From: an uncultured Flavobacteriaceae bacterium
Lineage (GTDB): Bacteria; Bacteroidota; Bacteroidia; Flavobacteriales; Flavobacteriaceae
Assembly (NCBI GenBank): GCA_963768325.1
Contig: CAVYIL010000005.1
Coordinates: forward strand, 44,172 to 108,171
DNA length: 64,000 nt
Reading direction: 5' to 3'
In this document: positions 21,859 to 33,673 of the stretch, one piece after another
Layout: each line of letters starts with the position of its first letter
Position numbering within the stretch: the stretch's first letter is position 1
Position numbers and translations under genes: made by a program
Notes under the pieces: generated by a model
Database searches by the model: none
What the model was told of the DNA's origin: nothing
What the model saw: only the letters and a program-made list of their open reading frames with translations

Positions 21859-22896
21859 TCATCGCATCACCTTCAATTTTACTTTTGCTTCGATACCCTT
21901 ATAGATATTCCTTCGTACCATTTTGTTAAGTGCCTTAACGGAACATCCATCTATAATCAAATCATTCAGATCCTTGATCTTTTTCTTTTTAACTTCATCC
22001 CAAAAGAATAATGATAGTCCCTTGTTTACCATTTTAGTAGCAAACTTTCTGATATCCTTGTTTGTTTCCATATCCCTGTCATATACCATACAAAGATTCT
22101 GAACTCCATAATTACTTATGAGTGCTTGAATATCCGATTGTCCCCCTGCCATAGCAACACCGTTGTCAAGGAACACCGCATCCAACACACCCTCGGTTAT
22201 AAAGATCATTTCTTCTTTATTGACTCTGTCCATTCCCCAAATCTTAGGAGAATCCTCGATTAATTTAATAGTCACATACCGCAAGTTATCTTCTTTGTTT
22301 AATGCTCTACCTTGTAGGTATATTAATGATCCACCTTGATCGTAGAATGGTATAATAATTCTAGGATCTGCATCGGGAAATCTTTTAATGTCTTTCAGTT
22401 CATTATCCTTAGCAAACTTTAAAAAGTTCGGACTATAAAATAATTCTTGCACAAACTCTTCTGGAAGTTTTCTATCCAAGCAAACTTTAAGTGCTTCATC
22501 TGTTAGGGGATCTAATTTTTTTAGAATAGATTTTGTTGCTGACCGTTCAACTGCTTTCTTTAATGAGTCATATCCACTATTCTTAATTTTAATTTCAGTA
22601 TCGATTGGTTTACGATGTTTCACCTTTTCAAAAAATGCTTCTTTTTTAAAGTCTGCATATAGAAAAGGTTTATGTTGTTTTAGAAAGTTCGCAAATGAAG
22701 TGGTCACTCCACAATTATGACAAACATAAGTAACCATATTGCCGTTATCTTTTGTTAGAACCCACCCTCGTCTCTTGCTTTTTGATTTTTTAGAGTCACC
22801 GCATATAGGACATCTAAACGTATAGTTACCGTTCTTTTCTTTCAACCCTTCTAATGCACATAGGTGAATATATTTATGGACTATGTAACTATTCAT
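21859..22896 (-). CDS. gp61: DNA primase (T4 gp61)
   Basis: FRCPICGDSKKSKSKRRG, CHNCG, RIIIPF, QGRAL, ITEGVLDAVFL, KDLND. Confidence 0.96.
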   Translation of the reverse strand: MNSYIVHKYIHLCALEGLKEKNGNYTFRCPICGDSKKSKSKRRGWVLTKDNGNMVTYVCHNCGVTTSFANFLKQHKPFLYADFKKEAFFEKVKHRKPIDTEIKIKNSGYDSLKKAVERSATKSILKKLDPLTDEALKVCLDRKLPEEFVQELFYSPNFLKFAKDNELKDIKRFPDADPRIIIPFYDQGGSLIYLQGRALNKEDNLRYVTIKLIEDSPKIWGMDRVNKEEMIFITEGVLDAVFLDNGVAMAGGQSDIQALISNYGVQNLCMVYDRDMETNKDIRKFATKMVNKGLSLFFWDEVKKKKIKDLNDLIIDGCSVKALNKMVRRNIYKGIEAKVKLKVMR

Positions 22897-23343
22897 ACTA
22901 AGATTATACTATGAATAGGTTTCTAGATCAACTTATTTAATCTTTTTTATCTTTTGTAATGCTTCATTAAGAGCATCAAATGCTATGTGACCTGCTGATT
23001 CCATCATTCGATTCATTGAAAGGTCAATAGCACTTTTTAAAATATTTATAATTTTTTCCTGTCGTGCAATCTCTTTTTCTTGATCTGCCAATACTTTTTC
23101 TAGTTCTTCCATTATTCATTCCTCCGTTATATATATTTATAGTTTTTCATAAGTCTTCTATACTCTTAAACAACCTTTTCTTTTTTATCTCGGCAAGTTC
23201 TTTTACTGCTTCGTGATATTTCTTATTCATCTTTTCTGCAAATAACATATCCGCTTTGAATGTCCACCATCGGTTTATTATGTCCTCGTACTGTTCATTT
23301 TCTTCAATGAACTTTGATAGTTTTTTAATTCTATATCGGTGTT

Positions 23344-24622
23344 TCACACTTCCCTCTTTCCTTCATAGATGTGTTTTACTGTAGGAAACCTTAAACTTAG
23401 TCCACCTTTTTCATTTTGTGACTCTTCAAAAAATTGAACAGTAATTTCTTTTCCCACAATCTTTTTTGGATCTTTAAAAAAATCTTTCCGTTGCTGAAGG
23501 GAAAATCCCGAAACCTACGGACACTTCATATCCTTTGTGTTCAATAACAACCGCAGTAAGGGTTTTTATCTGTTTTCGATCACCATCCTCTACGACTTGA
23601 AACAATCCTGTTTCAATACTTTTTACAACATACTCAGCATCTTTAAACTTTTTTACTTTGAGTAAATCGTTTGACCTCTTTCCTTTGTACACATCGTCTT
23701 TGCGGAGAATGAGTCCTTCCCACCCATTTTCCAATGCTTTTGATTGTAGGTCTGAAAAGGTTTGATCGTTTAGTTTAACTTGATCAAGTACATCTACTGT
23801 TTTACATTTGTATTGACTAAAAACAAGTTTCAATACTGCCAACCTTTCACTAAGAATTCGTTCTGATGTTTTTGATTCAAACTCTTTTATAGTCAAACAA
23901 TCAAACACTTTATACTTAGGATTAGGAATAGTAAAATCTTTTTTCTTGTAGACTTTCATAATGGAAGTGAAATCTTCTTTTCCATTCTCGTCTACTATAC
24001 ATAGTTCACCATCGAACACAAAGTCACCCTTAATTTTTTTGAGATCCTCCTTTAATACATCGAGAGTCAAGAACTCTTTTCCTTTTCGGGAATAGAAGTT
24101 TATGGTATTACCTTTCTTTATAGTAACACACCGTAACCCATCTAGTTTATGCGATCCGTAGAATTCTGTTATATCAACTTTCCCTGCTACCTTATCATAG
24201 GAGTTCGCAAGTGCAACATCAAAGGTCGGGATTAATCCCTTAAACACCTTGTTGATGTTTGATACACCCATACCTATACGCAAGTCTTTATCAATAATTC
24301 GGAGTATGATGTCTTCATACTTTTTGTTGTTCGCAATAAAACCATTCACAACACCGATTGCCTTGTGACCTGTTATCTTTCTGCTTTCAAGATCATTAAG
24401 CAATTGAAATATAGTAAAATTAGTCGAAACATTCTCTTTAAGATTTTTCATTTTTTCTATATTTGCTGATGTTACATTGTACTGTTTGAAGTCACTATAG
24501 ATATATTCTAATATCTTTTTACAATGCGGATATCCACCTAGAATCTTCATCTTTTCGTTTGATGAATTAGTCCTGTTAATATCTCCTAGTAGTTCTGCTA
24601 CTTCTTTTAATGTATTGCTCAT
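23344..24622 (-). CDS. gp30: ATP-dependent DNA ligase (indel near 23510)
   Basis: KLDGLRC, FDGEL, GWEGLILRK, RSNDLLKVK; OB domain VGSGFS..SLRFPTVK continues in another frame to 23344. Confidence 0.93.
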
Positions 24623-24819
24623 AATATCTCCTTAATGTGTTCCATCTACCAATGAAATGCCATGTTTAATTCCGTCTATAAAATCCTCTTTAGACCATCC
24701 ATCTTTATTTTTTAAAAACTTTGCTAGGATATATCCAATTTCATTTCCAACATCTCCTATATCATAAAACGATTTTTCTTTTAAAAAATCTTCTGTGTCT
24801 TTTTTTAAATTTTTAAATT

Positions 24820-25185
24820 TCATAATATGATCAAGTTTTCCTCTTTATTAATTTTTAAAAACCATTTAATTGTGTTCTCAGTTCCACCCTTTCTATCGGG
24901 AGCAACAAGTGCCAACAATACATCACAATTTTCTGCTACCCTCATATTCCTAGCAAAATATGATTGAACTATTTTGTAGTAAGGAACATTGCTATCAAGA
25001 TTAGGAAGAAATTCTTCAAACGGAATATTCAGTTGGTGAGCAATGGTTTCTGCAAAAGCATCCGCACCAACAGGACATCCACCCGACACAATTTTATCGG
25101 GATTGAGTTCGTGGACTTTGTCCAAGATAAGTTCAATGTCTTTCATCGAATTTCTTTTGCGTGAACCAACAATTCCTAGTATCAT
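24820..25185 (-). CDS. SLOG-family (DprA/YspA-like) protein
   Basis: GIVGSR, IVSGGCPVGADAFA, FARNMRVAENCD, GGTENT. Confidence 0.8.
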   Translation of the reverse strand: MILGIVGSRKRNSMKDIELILDKVHELNPDKIVSGGCPVGADAFAETIAHQLNIPFEEFLPNLDSNVPYYKIVQSYFARNMRVAENCDVLLALVAPDRKGGTENTIKWFLKINKEENLIIL

Positions 25186-25880
25186 AATTCTTCCTCTATT
25201 GCTATCAATCTGTCACCTTTAAATTCAAATGAACTTGCTATATGACCGATATCTAAAATAGTTTTTTCGTCTGCCCATCCTAGTACGGTATCAGAGGAGT
25301 CCCATGCATCGTCACTTATTTTGGTTAAATTACCTTTACGATCTAACACCGCAATCTCTGCATTTATACATGATTTTTTCTCAAGAATCACCCTAGGAAT
25401 ACCTTCTTTATTATTACAATAATTAATATTTCCTATCTGTATTGAAAGTGAGAATCCATTTCTGAATTTGACATGCCACCCATATCTTGCGTACAGAGAT
25501 GAAGGGAAATCGTCCTCACATATAGTAACATCTACTACAGGAAGTTTTTCTTTTAAAGAATCTATGAACTCTTGATTAATCATAATTTATTTATTTCCTT
25601 CAAAATATTTTTTGGGCAACGTCCATGGTCTATATCTTTTTCATAAAATATCCATCGACTACTTTCTCTCGTTTTAAATATGAATCCCCATTCATCGGGA
25701 TAACCATAATCATAATAGGATCTAGAATATATTTTTGTTATAGTTAAAATCTTATTTTTATAGATATCCATACCACCACCAGGATTCCACCCATCGGGAG
25801 AAAGATCTATTAAATCATCATATTTCTTTATACGAACTCTATCACCGACTTTGTATTTCATTTTAATTCCTTCAATTGAT

Positions 25881-25952
25881 TAGCGGGAGAGGGACTCGAA
25901 CCCCCGATCTCAAGGATATGAACCTTGTGAGATACCACTTCTCCATCCCGCA
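25881..25952 (-). tRNA. tRNA-Met (CAT anticodon); 1:72 mismatch suggests initiator type; no encoded CCA
   Basis: TGCGGGA..TCCCGCTA acceptor stem, CAAGG-TTCATAT-CCTTG anticodon arm, GTTCGAGTC T-loop. Confidence 0.9.
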
Positions 25953-25968
25953 TCAAAGTCAATACTAT

Positions 25969-26376
25969 TTATCCTTTTATGACATGAGCAGTAACATTTC
26001 TGCTATTAAAAAATCTTTCTATTGCTTTTGCGGATTTTTCATTCTCAATGTCAAACACTTTCGCATAAGTATTTTCATGAACATACTTAGCAATATAGAT
26101 TGACTCCATAGGATTATAATCTAAGGACATCAAACATCCAATAACATCTTCAAAAGATGCTTTGTCATTATTATAAATAACAAGATTATATTGTGCGGAT
26201 TTTAGTTCTTTGGGGTTGAACCCTTCGGGCACAAGTTGACTAATATCAATTGCTTGTCCCTGTCCTTCCTGTGGCATTTCCATTACAGGCATTGGATTAT
26301 TCTTAACCTGTTTCTCATGTACTGCCCTTTCTTCTTCTCGTCCGAACCCTATTACTGCCATTTGTTTTTTCTCCAA
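25969..26376 (-). CDS. ClpS-like protease adaptor
   Basis: YNLVIYNNDKASFEDVIGCL..IAKYVHENTYAKV; own promoter at 26390-26419. Confidence 0.7.
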   Translation of the reverse strand: MEKKQMAVIGFGREEERAVHEKQVKNNPMPVMEMPQEGQGQAIDISQLVPEGFNPKELKSAQYNLVIYNNDKASFEDVIGCLMSLDYNPMESIYIAKYVHENTYAKVFDIENEKSAKAIERFFNSRNVTAHVIKG

Positions 26377-27380
26377 TTTGGTATAAGTAATTTTACCATG
26401 GATTCAATGGTCAGATCAAGTTTTTTTGAGTTTTTTTGAAATAGTCAAAATAGTGTATTGATGTTCAATTGAACATTTGACTAATTGAACAGTTGACTAT
26501 TTGTCTTCGATTTCCTGTATTTGTGCTAGTTTAATTGCCTTGCGTTCATCCTTATCAATTTTATTAAACCTAATTGACCAAGATCGTACATCCCTATAAT
26601 GTTCTAGTTCTTTTAAACATTTTCTTAGTTTCTCCAACTTATCCTTCTTTAGGTCTTCATCCCCCGACAAATCTGTATTAAACATGGGACTAGGTTCTAT
26701 CTTTTTTATTTCCTTCATTATTTTTCGATACGTTTTATTTTCGTTTCTAGAAAGTTTACTTAAATCCTTTTCTTCTATCCCCTTTACTCCCTGTCCATTT
26801 AAGTATAAGTCAGATAAATATTCTTTACAACTATATAACAAATTACCAACAGGGCAATCTTTGCACCCACCATCATAATCATCATAGGTATGGCATACGT
26901 TACAATAATTATCCATTAGGTCAATTAGAGTTTTTAACATTGTGATCTCGTAACACACATATCCGAATGGGGAGTGCAATGACATTATAATTCTTCCTCA
27001 ATGGTATTTATCCTTTCAAGTCTTAGTCTTTTTCTTCTTTCTTTATCTGTTTCAGTTCTCCATCCATACTGAAAATTGAACATATTTGCCCACTTTCTTA
27101 ATTCTTTTTTTGGTGTGTGCCAAGACCCTCGTACTTCGTATATACCCCTTTGCCGTTGAGGTTTTCTATACATATAAGTAACAAACCATTCTTTGAATTC
27201 TTTTTCTTGTTCTTGTGTCCAAGTATAATTATGTTGCCAACCATCCGCAAGAAAATCTATTTGATTAACATCAGCACCAACCATTTCACACATGTGAGTT
27301 AGTATTTCGACTAAGTATTTATATTCTTCTGATTCAAATTTTTTATTGATCATATCTTTTTGCTTGTTTAAAATATTTAT

Positions 27381-28310
27381 TCATAATTCTTCAACTGCCC
27401 TTAATACTTTTTCCTTTTCTGTTTTAACATACTTATGTTCAACTTTCTTTTCCTTGAAATGTTTTCTACATTCAAACTTGTATGCACAAAAACTATTACA
27501 ACGACTACCTTCTTTTCCAAATTCATGAAAATCTACTTCTTCATAACAAGGTTTTTCTGGTCCACCTTTTTGTAATGCCATTTGTACTGCATCATGCTTG
27601 TACTGATAAATATTCATTACATCTTCTCTTTTAAGAATAGGAACAGGAACTGAATAACATTGTCGTGTCAATCCATACCTAGTGGGGGTAGAGGTTTTCG
27701 ACCAATCAATAAAAACATAATCTAACCACAGTTCATCTATGATCTTTCCAGGATTTTTATCTTCATAAAATATTTTGTATCTGTTCAATTGTAATACATA
27801 ATCATCATCACCTTTCAACTTAGTTCCCTTTTGATCTATTAAATATCTCTTAATAGGTTTTCGACCTTTTACTGGATTAGGAATTTCTTTATACTCTAGA
27901 ATATAAGATGCTGATGATATTCTCTTAGTCTTAATATCTCTCATTACTGTTTTACCATCTTCTTCAAGAATAACATCACAAGTTCCTGTATTAAGATCGT
28001 CTTCAAAATATGTTTCTGATTTTAATTTTTCATCTGTACTCTCATGCTTCATGTGTGATAGAGTTCCTATCATTGAATACATGTTGTCAATAGGTTCAAC
28101 ACACCCTTTAGTCTTTAGTCGCATCCAATTATAGCATACAGGATTAAGTGCTTCTGTTACTGATAATTTTTCCAAATTTGGAGTTCGTTGTCTTACATAC
28201 ATACTCTTCAAAGCAGTATAAGGAACACAACGAGTCCCTAATCGGCATTTATTTAAGCAATCTTTACAACTTATTATTTTTTTATCGGAACACTGGAATT
28301 CGTTAATCAT
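27381..28310 (-). CDS. Cas4-like PD-(D/E)XK exonuclease with Cys cluster
   Basis: GTLSH, GTCDVI..RDIKT, LQLNRY, C-terminal CNSFCAYKFEC. Confidence 0.75.
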   Translation of the reverse strand: MINEFQCSDKKIISCKDCLNKCRLGTRCVPYTALKSMYVRQRTPNLEKLSVTEALNPVCYNWMRLKTKGCVEPIDNMYSMIGTLSHMKHESTDEKLKSETYFEDDLNTGTCDVILEEDGKTVMRDIKTKRISSASYILEYKEIPNPVKGRKPIKRYLIDQKGTKLKGDDDYVLQLNRYKIFYEDKNPGKIIDELWLDYVFIDWSKTSTPTRYGLTRQCYSVPVPILKREDVMNIYQYKHDAVQMALQKGGPEKPCYEEVDFHEFGKEGSRCNSFCAYKFECRKHFKEKKVEHKYVKTEKEKVLRAVEEL

Positions 28311-28391
28311 TTTATAATCCTTTATAGTGATTGTGACTATTTAATATTTATCACTAAGAAATTATACAATGAATTTCGTTTTAGATCAAGT

Positions 28392-29303
28392 TTATTTCTT
28401 TGATTTTCCGTACAATTTTAGTGCATCTTTGAACATTATTTTTACTCCATTAGAGTCGGATAATTCTTCATCATCGTCATCATTCTGAACAGGTTCTTTT
28501 TTCTTGACCATAACAGTTTGGGGTTTCTTACGTTTAATATCATCTTCCTCTTGTGGACTGGGTCCCATAACCGCACCCTGTCCTGCTATACCACCACTCA
28601 TTGTTGACTCTTTGAGGTGTTTAATTGCTTGTTCTAAATCTTTAAAAGTCTTTTGTTCCATACCCTTTCCCACTACATACACAGGTTCTTTTATATCTTT
28701 GTTTAGTAGTTTTGTTATATTATTGAGGTCATACTTGGGATCAATTGCTTGATCTCCATATACCTTTAGTTTACTTCCCCGTAAAGTTTTTATATCTTCT
28801 GCATCAAAGTCAGTTCTTTTGTACTTCTTTGTTATAGCAACATCAACTCCCCTTGCTTCATATAACATTTCATTTATTAGTTTGTTTAATTCTTCTACGT
28901 TTGATTCTTCAAATACATCTAGAACATCCAATACTGAATTGTCAAAATTAGTTTCTCGTACTTGAAATAAATATCGTTTTAGTTTTTCCATTTGCTGACC
29001 AGGAAGTGATTTGAACATTGCTTGTTTCATTTTAATCATAATTTTTACAAAGTAGTTGTAATCAATTTTATCTTCTGATTTTCCTGGTTTTTTTAATTCT
29101 CTTCCCTTCTCGTCTATGAACCCTTTCTTATATGCGTTCCATTCAGTAAAGGGGTTGTTAAGATAGTATAAAAATTTGTATCCGAAAATACCTGTATAGA
29201 ATCGTGGAGAAGGTATATTGAAGTTCTTATAACGTTGTGCTAACGAACGAGCGTATGCATCTCCTGCATACCTTTTATCTTGTCTTAAAACCTCTTGTGG
29301 CAT
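28392..29303 (-). CDS. Conserved T4-like hypothetical protein (probably virion)
   Basis: YKFLYYLNNPFTEWNAYKKGFIDEKG motif recalled from T4-like genomes. Confidence 0.5.
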   Translation of the reverse strand: MPQEVLRQDKRYAGDAYARSLAQRYKNFNIPSPRFYTGIFGYKFLYYLNNPFTEWNAYKKGFIDEKGRELKKPGKSEDKIDYNYFVKIMIKMKQAMFKSLPGQQMEKLKRYLFQVRETNFDNSVLDVLDVFEESNVEELNKLINEMLYEARGVDVAITKKYKRTDFDAEDIKTLRGSKLKVYGDQAIDPKYDLNNITKLLNKDIKEPVYVVGKGMEQKTFKDLEQAIKHLKESTMSGGIAGQGAVMGPSPQEEDDIKRKKPQTVMVKKKEPVQNDDDDEELSDSNGVKIMFKDALKLYGKSKK

Positions 29304-29527
29304 TTATTTTTTCCATTTTTGTGCTACTATGGGATTAACATATTCATCTAATGCTCGTGCTAAAATTTGTTTTACTTCCCTTTCACCATTCCCTTCACTA
29401 TTAACCGCATCCTGTAATGTTCCGAATACTCTGTTATCTGCCTTGTCTTCATATATGGTCACCCACACTTTGTCTTCATTTAAGAAGTCCTTGAATCCTA
29501 AAAGTTTTATGATATCCATACTGTTAT

Positions 29528-31025
29528 TTATATCTCTATCGAGACCATTGCTTTTTCTGGTTCTATTCCCATAAACTTCATAAAATAAGACATTCCCTTT
29601 TGAATTAATTCTTTTATTTTATCCACTATTTTTCTAAACACATTTTTTATCATGTCTAAAATTTTCCCTTCTGTAAGTTCTTCGTTTTCAGAAATATAAA
29701 ACATTTCTTGTTCAAAAAGTTTTTGAGCATACTTTTCGATACCGATGTCGTGACTATTAAAAAGGTTTCCACTTATCAACTTTAACCCTGTCCACGCATT
29801 TCCAGACAAACTTTTAAACGATATATCTATTTTTACTTTATTAACAAAATTAGAAGCAAGAGTTGGTGATATTTTTTCAAAATGATCCACCGAAAACCTC
29901 CTTCGTCCAAAGCAAGTAAGTAATTTGCCGTTCCAGATCCACCATCAAATTTAGTATCTCCCGACATTGCTTCAAGAACTATGTTTTCTCTCAATCCTTT
30001 ATTTTTCTTCATTAAGTCTTCTAACTGTTGTGATATCTGTTTATGAATTTGATCTTGCATAAATATTTTTTCTGCAACTTTATCCTTCTTTAATTCTTCT
30101 TTTGACATTTTCTTTATATCCGTTATGGATTTTGGTATGTGAAATCTTTTAAAGTTTTCTTCAACCATTTTGAAAACCATATCTTTGTCTTTTTTAGAAT
30201 ATTTCATTAAACGATCAAAACTAGTCATTATTGTTGCATAAGATTCCCCTGCACCACCCGACATCAATTGTCCGTTTCCTTTCTTTACGGATATTTTTTG
30301 AGTTTTAGATGCTATATCAGTTTTTGGTGTTGTGTTTAATCTGTCTGCCGTAGATATACTATAAAAATATTTATGCCATATCTTCGATGCCTTCGATTTT
30401 ATTCTTCCAGATTGTGTTAGTGGTCCAGAAATATATTTTTTCAGAGACGAAGAAAGTTTTCCATTATTATCGTAAGTTGGTAATATTTCGTCCCTTCTTT
30501 TGAACCAATTTTTTTCAAGAAGGCATCTTTTGGTAATTCCGAGGTATATGAAATTGCTTTATCAATATCCATTTTTTCGTTTACAATATTATGAACAACA
30601 CATATAACATACTCATAATCTTCTGATTTTATTTCTGTTCCTGCTTCTGGTTTAAAAACTAAATAAAAATCATAACTTGGTTTTTCTGAATCTGGTTCAA
30701 GGTTTATATAAATTCTTTTTATTCTTTCACTTTTTTTCGTTACATTACCGATAGAATTTCCTAATCTAGTTACAGTATCTCCGTCTTCCCAAAAATCAAA
30801 AGATTCATCGTCTTCTTGTTCTTTTTGATTGATCAAAAAATCTAATTGTTTTCTAAACATATCAGATTGCAATGATCTATTTTTTGAGTATGCTATAATC
30901 TTTTTTCCGTTCTGTTGAAAAGTAAAATTTATATTTAGTAGATCTCGTAACTCTGGATCAATATTTTTAATATTTATTTCCGAAGTTGCTTCCAAAATAT
31001 ATTTCTTAAAAGATTTTAGTGACAT
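29528..31025 (-). CDS. Putative PD-(D/E)XK-like protein with MSLKSFKKYILE N-terminus; one gene broken by indels
   Basis: ORFs 30441-31025, 29833-30267 and 29528-29890; the intervening frame reads TTPKTDIASKTQKISVKKGNGQLMSGG. Confidence 0.5.
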
Positions 31026-31047
31026 ATTTCTCTCCTGTTAGTATTAT

Positions 31048-31989
31048 TTATCTCTTTTTCTCAAACGAGTTTATAACATCGATATTCTTCTTCAAGTATT
31101 CAATCATAGAAGATGTTATTCCTGCAAGTTGTGCGGAGTCTTCCAATCCACCATGCCAACCTTCCGATTTAACACTAAACAATTGTCCTAGAACTCCCAA
31201 GTTATGTAGAATTCTTTTTCCACCTTTCTTCAATATGTTAAGTCCTGCTTCTGCTTTCTCGTCCCCTGTCTTAGCAAGTTGTTGAAGTATAGGAACAAGA
31301 TAATTCTTAGCAATTGCTAATGTATCAATTTGCTCTGCCCAAACTTTTTTACCCTTATCAATTTTAGTAAGACCCGAATTCAGTTGATACATATCGAATC
31401 GTGAGTTATGTGCAATCATAACAGGATTTTTAAACTTCTTAACAAACGTAGAAAAACCAACTAGCATATCTTTTTCACTAATGAAGTCGGTGTTTGCTTC
31501 TTTGTATCGTGTCATAACCAATAGGTCTTCGATAGATTTTCTAGTTTCTAAATCTTTTTTCTTGATGTGTTTCCAATCAAGATTGTCTTCATTAGGTTCA
31601 ATAACAGTTGTGTTATTTTTTACAACCCAATATTCATCGTTGTGTATAACTGCTTCATCCCTGTTATACTTCTCACCTGGAACCCACTTCTTTGCTTTCT
31701 GAATTGCATCTGCCTTTGCCCTTTCAATGTCTATACGATCAAAAACATCTTTTTTCAATTCAGATTTTTTATGATACCTACCAAGTTCCTTTCCTGTTTC
31801 GGAGTCGATAGCAATCCCTGCTATCTCTATAATCTGAACATACTCTTGTTTAGGAGAGAGTCCTGTAGTTTCGGTGTCCCAAAAAATTAGAGTTTTATTT
31901 TTAAGTTTTTTCAACAGGTCTTTGATTGTACCTTTACCTGTTTCAAATTTCCCTTCCTCTAAATATTTTTTAAATGATTGTAATTTCAT
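31048..31989 (-). CDS. DEDDh 3'-5' exonuclease with an inserted carbohydrate-binding-like module
   Basis: FWDTETTGL, IAHNSRFD, IDTL, WHGGLEDS; N-terminus MKLQSFKKYLEE. Confidence 0.9.
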   Translation of the reverse strand: MKLQSFKKYLEEGKFETGKGTIKDLLKKLKNKTLIFWDTETTGLSPKQEYVQIIEIAGIAIDSETGKELGRYHKKSELKKDVFDRIDIERAKADAIQKAKKWVPGEKYNRDEAVIHNDEYWVVKNNTTVIEPNEDNLDWKHIKKKDLETRKSIEDLLVMTRYKEANTDFISEKDMLVGFSTFVKKFKNPVMIAHNSRFDMYQLNSGLTKIDKGKKVWAEQIDTLAIAKNYLVPILQQLAKTGDEKAEAGLNILKKGGKRILHNLGVLGQLFSVKSEGWHGGLEDSAQLAGITSSMIEYLKKNIDVINSFEKKR

Positions 31990-32412
31990 ACGTTACCACC
32001 TGTGGTATTTTATTTTTTCTTTCAGATCGTCAATTCTACGTCTCTTATCTTCTAGGTTTCCTACGGCACTTGCCAATTTATAATAAAGGTCTTGCTTTTT
32101 AACATCTACTTCTTTTCCTGACATTGTTACACCCTTGTCTTGTGCAAAATCAAGTCATCAAAAGTGGGTGAGTCTTTACCTTTGCCAAAGATATATTCAG
32201 CAGTAATTCTATTAACATGGTAACTAGTTCTTAGCATCTTAGTTACGAATCCCTTGATAGTTTTATCATCTATTTTAAATTTTTTGGAAATTTTAGAAAC
32301 TTCTTCATCGTATTTTGTTTGAAGTTGGTTTAATCTTTCCTTTTTTCCCTTTTCAAATTCTTTTAATTGTGCAGATGATTTAAACCGTCTTCATTCAGTA
32401 CTTCTTTAAATT

Positions 32413-33673
32413 TCATAACCCTTCTCTCCTTAGACTTTCCTTTGTTAAATATATATCACTATTACCATCTACTACCCATTTAGTAACCCCATCAACATTC
32501 ATTTGCCTAGTATGTTGATTCCAATTTGTCATACCTTGAACTTTTAAATCACTATATTTATCTGCAATCTTTTTGTAAGCAGATTCTTTATCAGATGCTT
32601 TAACTAGAACATCCCCTGTCTTTTTTGTGCTAGGATCAAGGTATGATGCAACCCAAACATTTGGGTTCATTTTTTCTAGTAAGGCATCTTTGAATTTCAT
32701 TTTATATATCCATTGCCCTTTGTCTTAAATATTCTTTCAACTTTTTCAAGTCAGTTCCTAAAATTATTTTTCTTGTGTTCGCAACATCTTCTGCATAAGG
32801 ATCAATAGCAACAAAAACATCTTGACCGTTTTGTATTACTTCATCAGCATCACCAAACGTTATCATACTGAACATACTAAAATCATCTGCTTTCAGTTCT
32901 CTCACAAGTTTCTCACCGAGTTTCGATTTCAAAGGTGAAGTTTTTCCCATACTATATAATATAAACTTGCCTTGCTTTCCTTCTGCCAAATAATCTTTAA
33001 ATGTCGTACCATCCATCATTTTAATTTCTCCTTACACTTTGGACAAACTCCACACTTGCATGTGATTTTTGTTTTACACTTTGGACAAATTCTAACTTTA
33101 TGCCCAAACTTTTTTTTACAATCTTCACACCCACTCATTTTTTATACTTCACTTTTCCCCAAGGGTTCTTATAATTTTTCTTCCAAAAAACTTGTCCCTT
33201 GTGTGTTATCGTTATCTCTTTAGAAGTTTTATCTATTTCTACAAGACCTCGTTTTTCCATATCATCTAGAAGTCTTTGCATTGAATCATTTAATTCATTA
33301 TAATGCACATCGGTAAGTTTTACGTTATCAATTATAAATGCAACCTGCGATTCATCGAAATAACCTTCACTTAAATAATCTTTAAATTTCATTTTGTTAT
33401 CCTTACTTTCCAAAGTGAATTTGCAAATTCGTCTACTTCCAAATCAATTTTTTTTAATTCACCTTTAAATCGTATTAATAATTTTTTATCAAAAACTTTT
33501 CTATCTTTATCAATTAATTGTTCATAATAATCAATGGTGTCATAGTTTGTTTCAATATTAAACATCCCTGATTTATTATTTTTCATTTCTTTTCTAATTG
33601 TTTTTTCCAAGTCGTTTAAAGATTCCGATTCCTCTTTCTTCAAACTTTCTGTTAAATAATCTTTAAATTTCAT
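32413..33673 (-). CDS. Tandem small proteins with MKFKD(Y/A)LxE-type N-termini (32413-32700, 32702-33019, 33135-33392, 33389-33673) plus a 40-aa Cys-rich ORF at 33016-33138
   Basis: ORF track plus manual translation (MSGCEDCKKK..CPKC..CKCGVCPKC); abutting or overlapping start/stop codons. Confidence 0.7.

Noticed and set aside
27381-28310. Cas4-like gene as part of a CRISPR-Cas system
   Set aside because: No cas1/cas2 or repeat array nearby; solo Cas4-like nucleases are common in phages.
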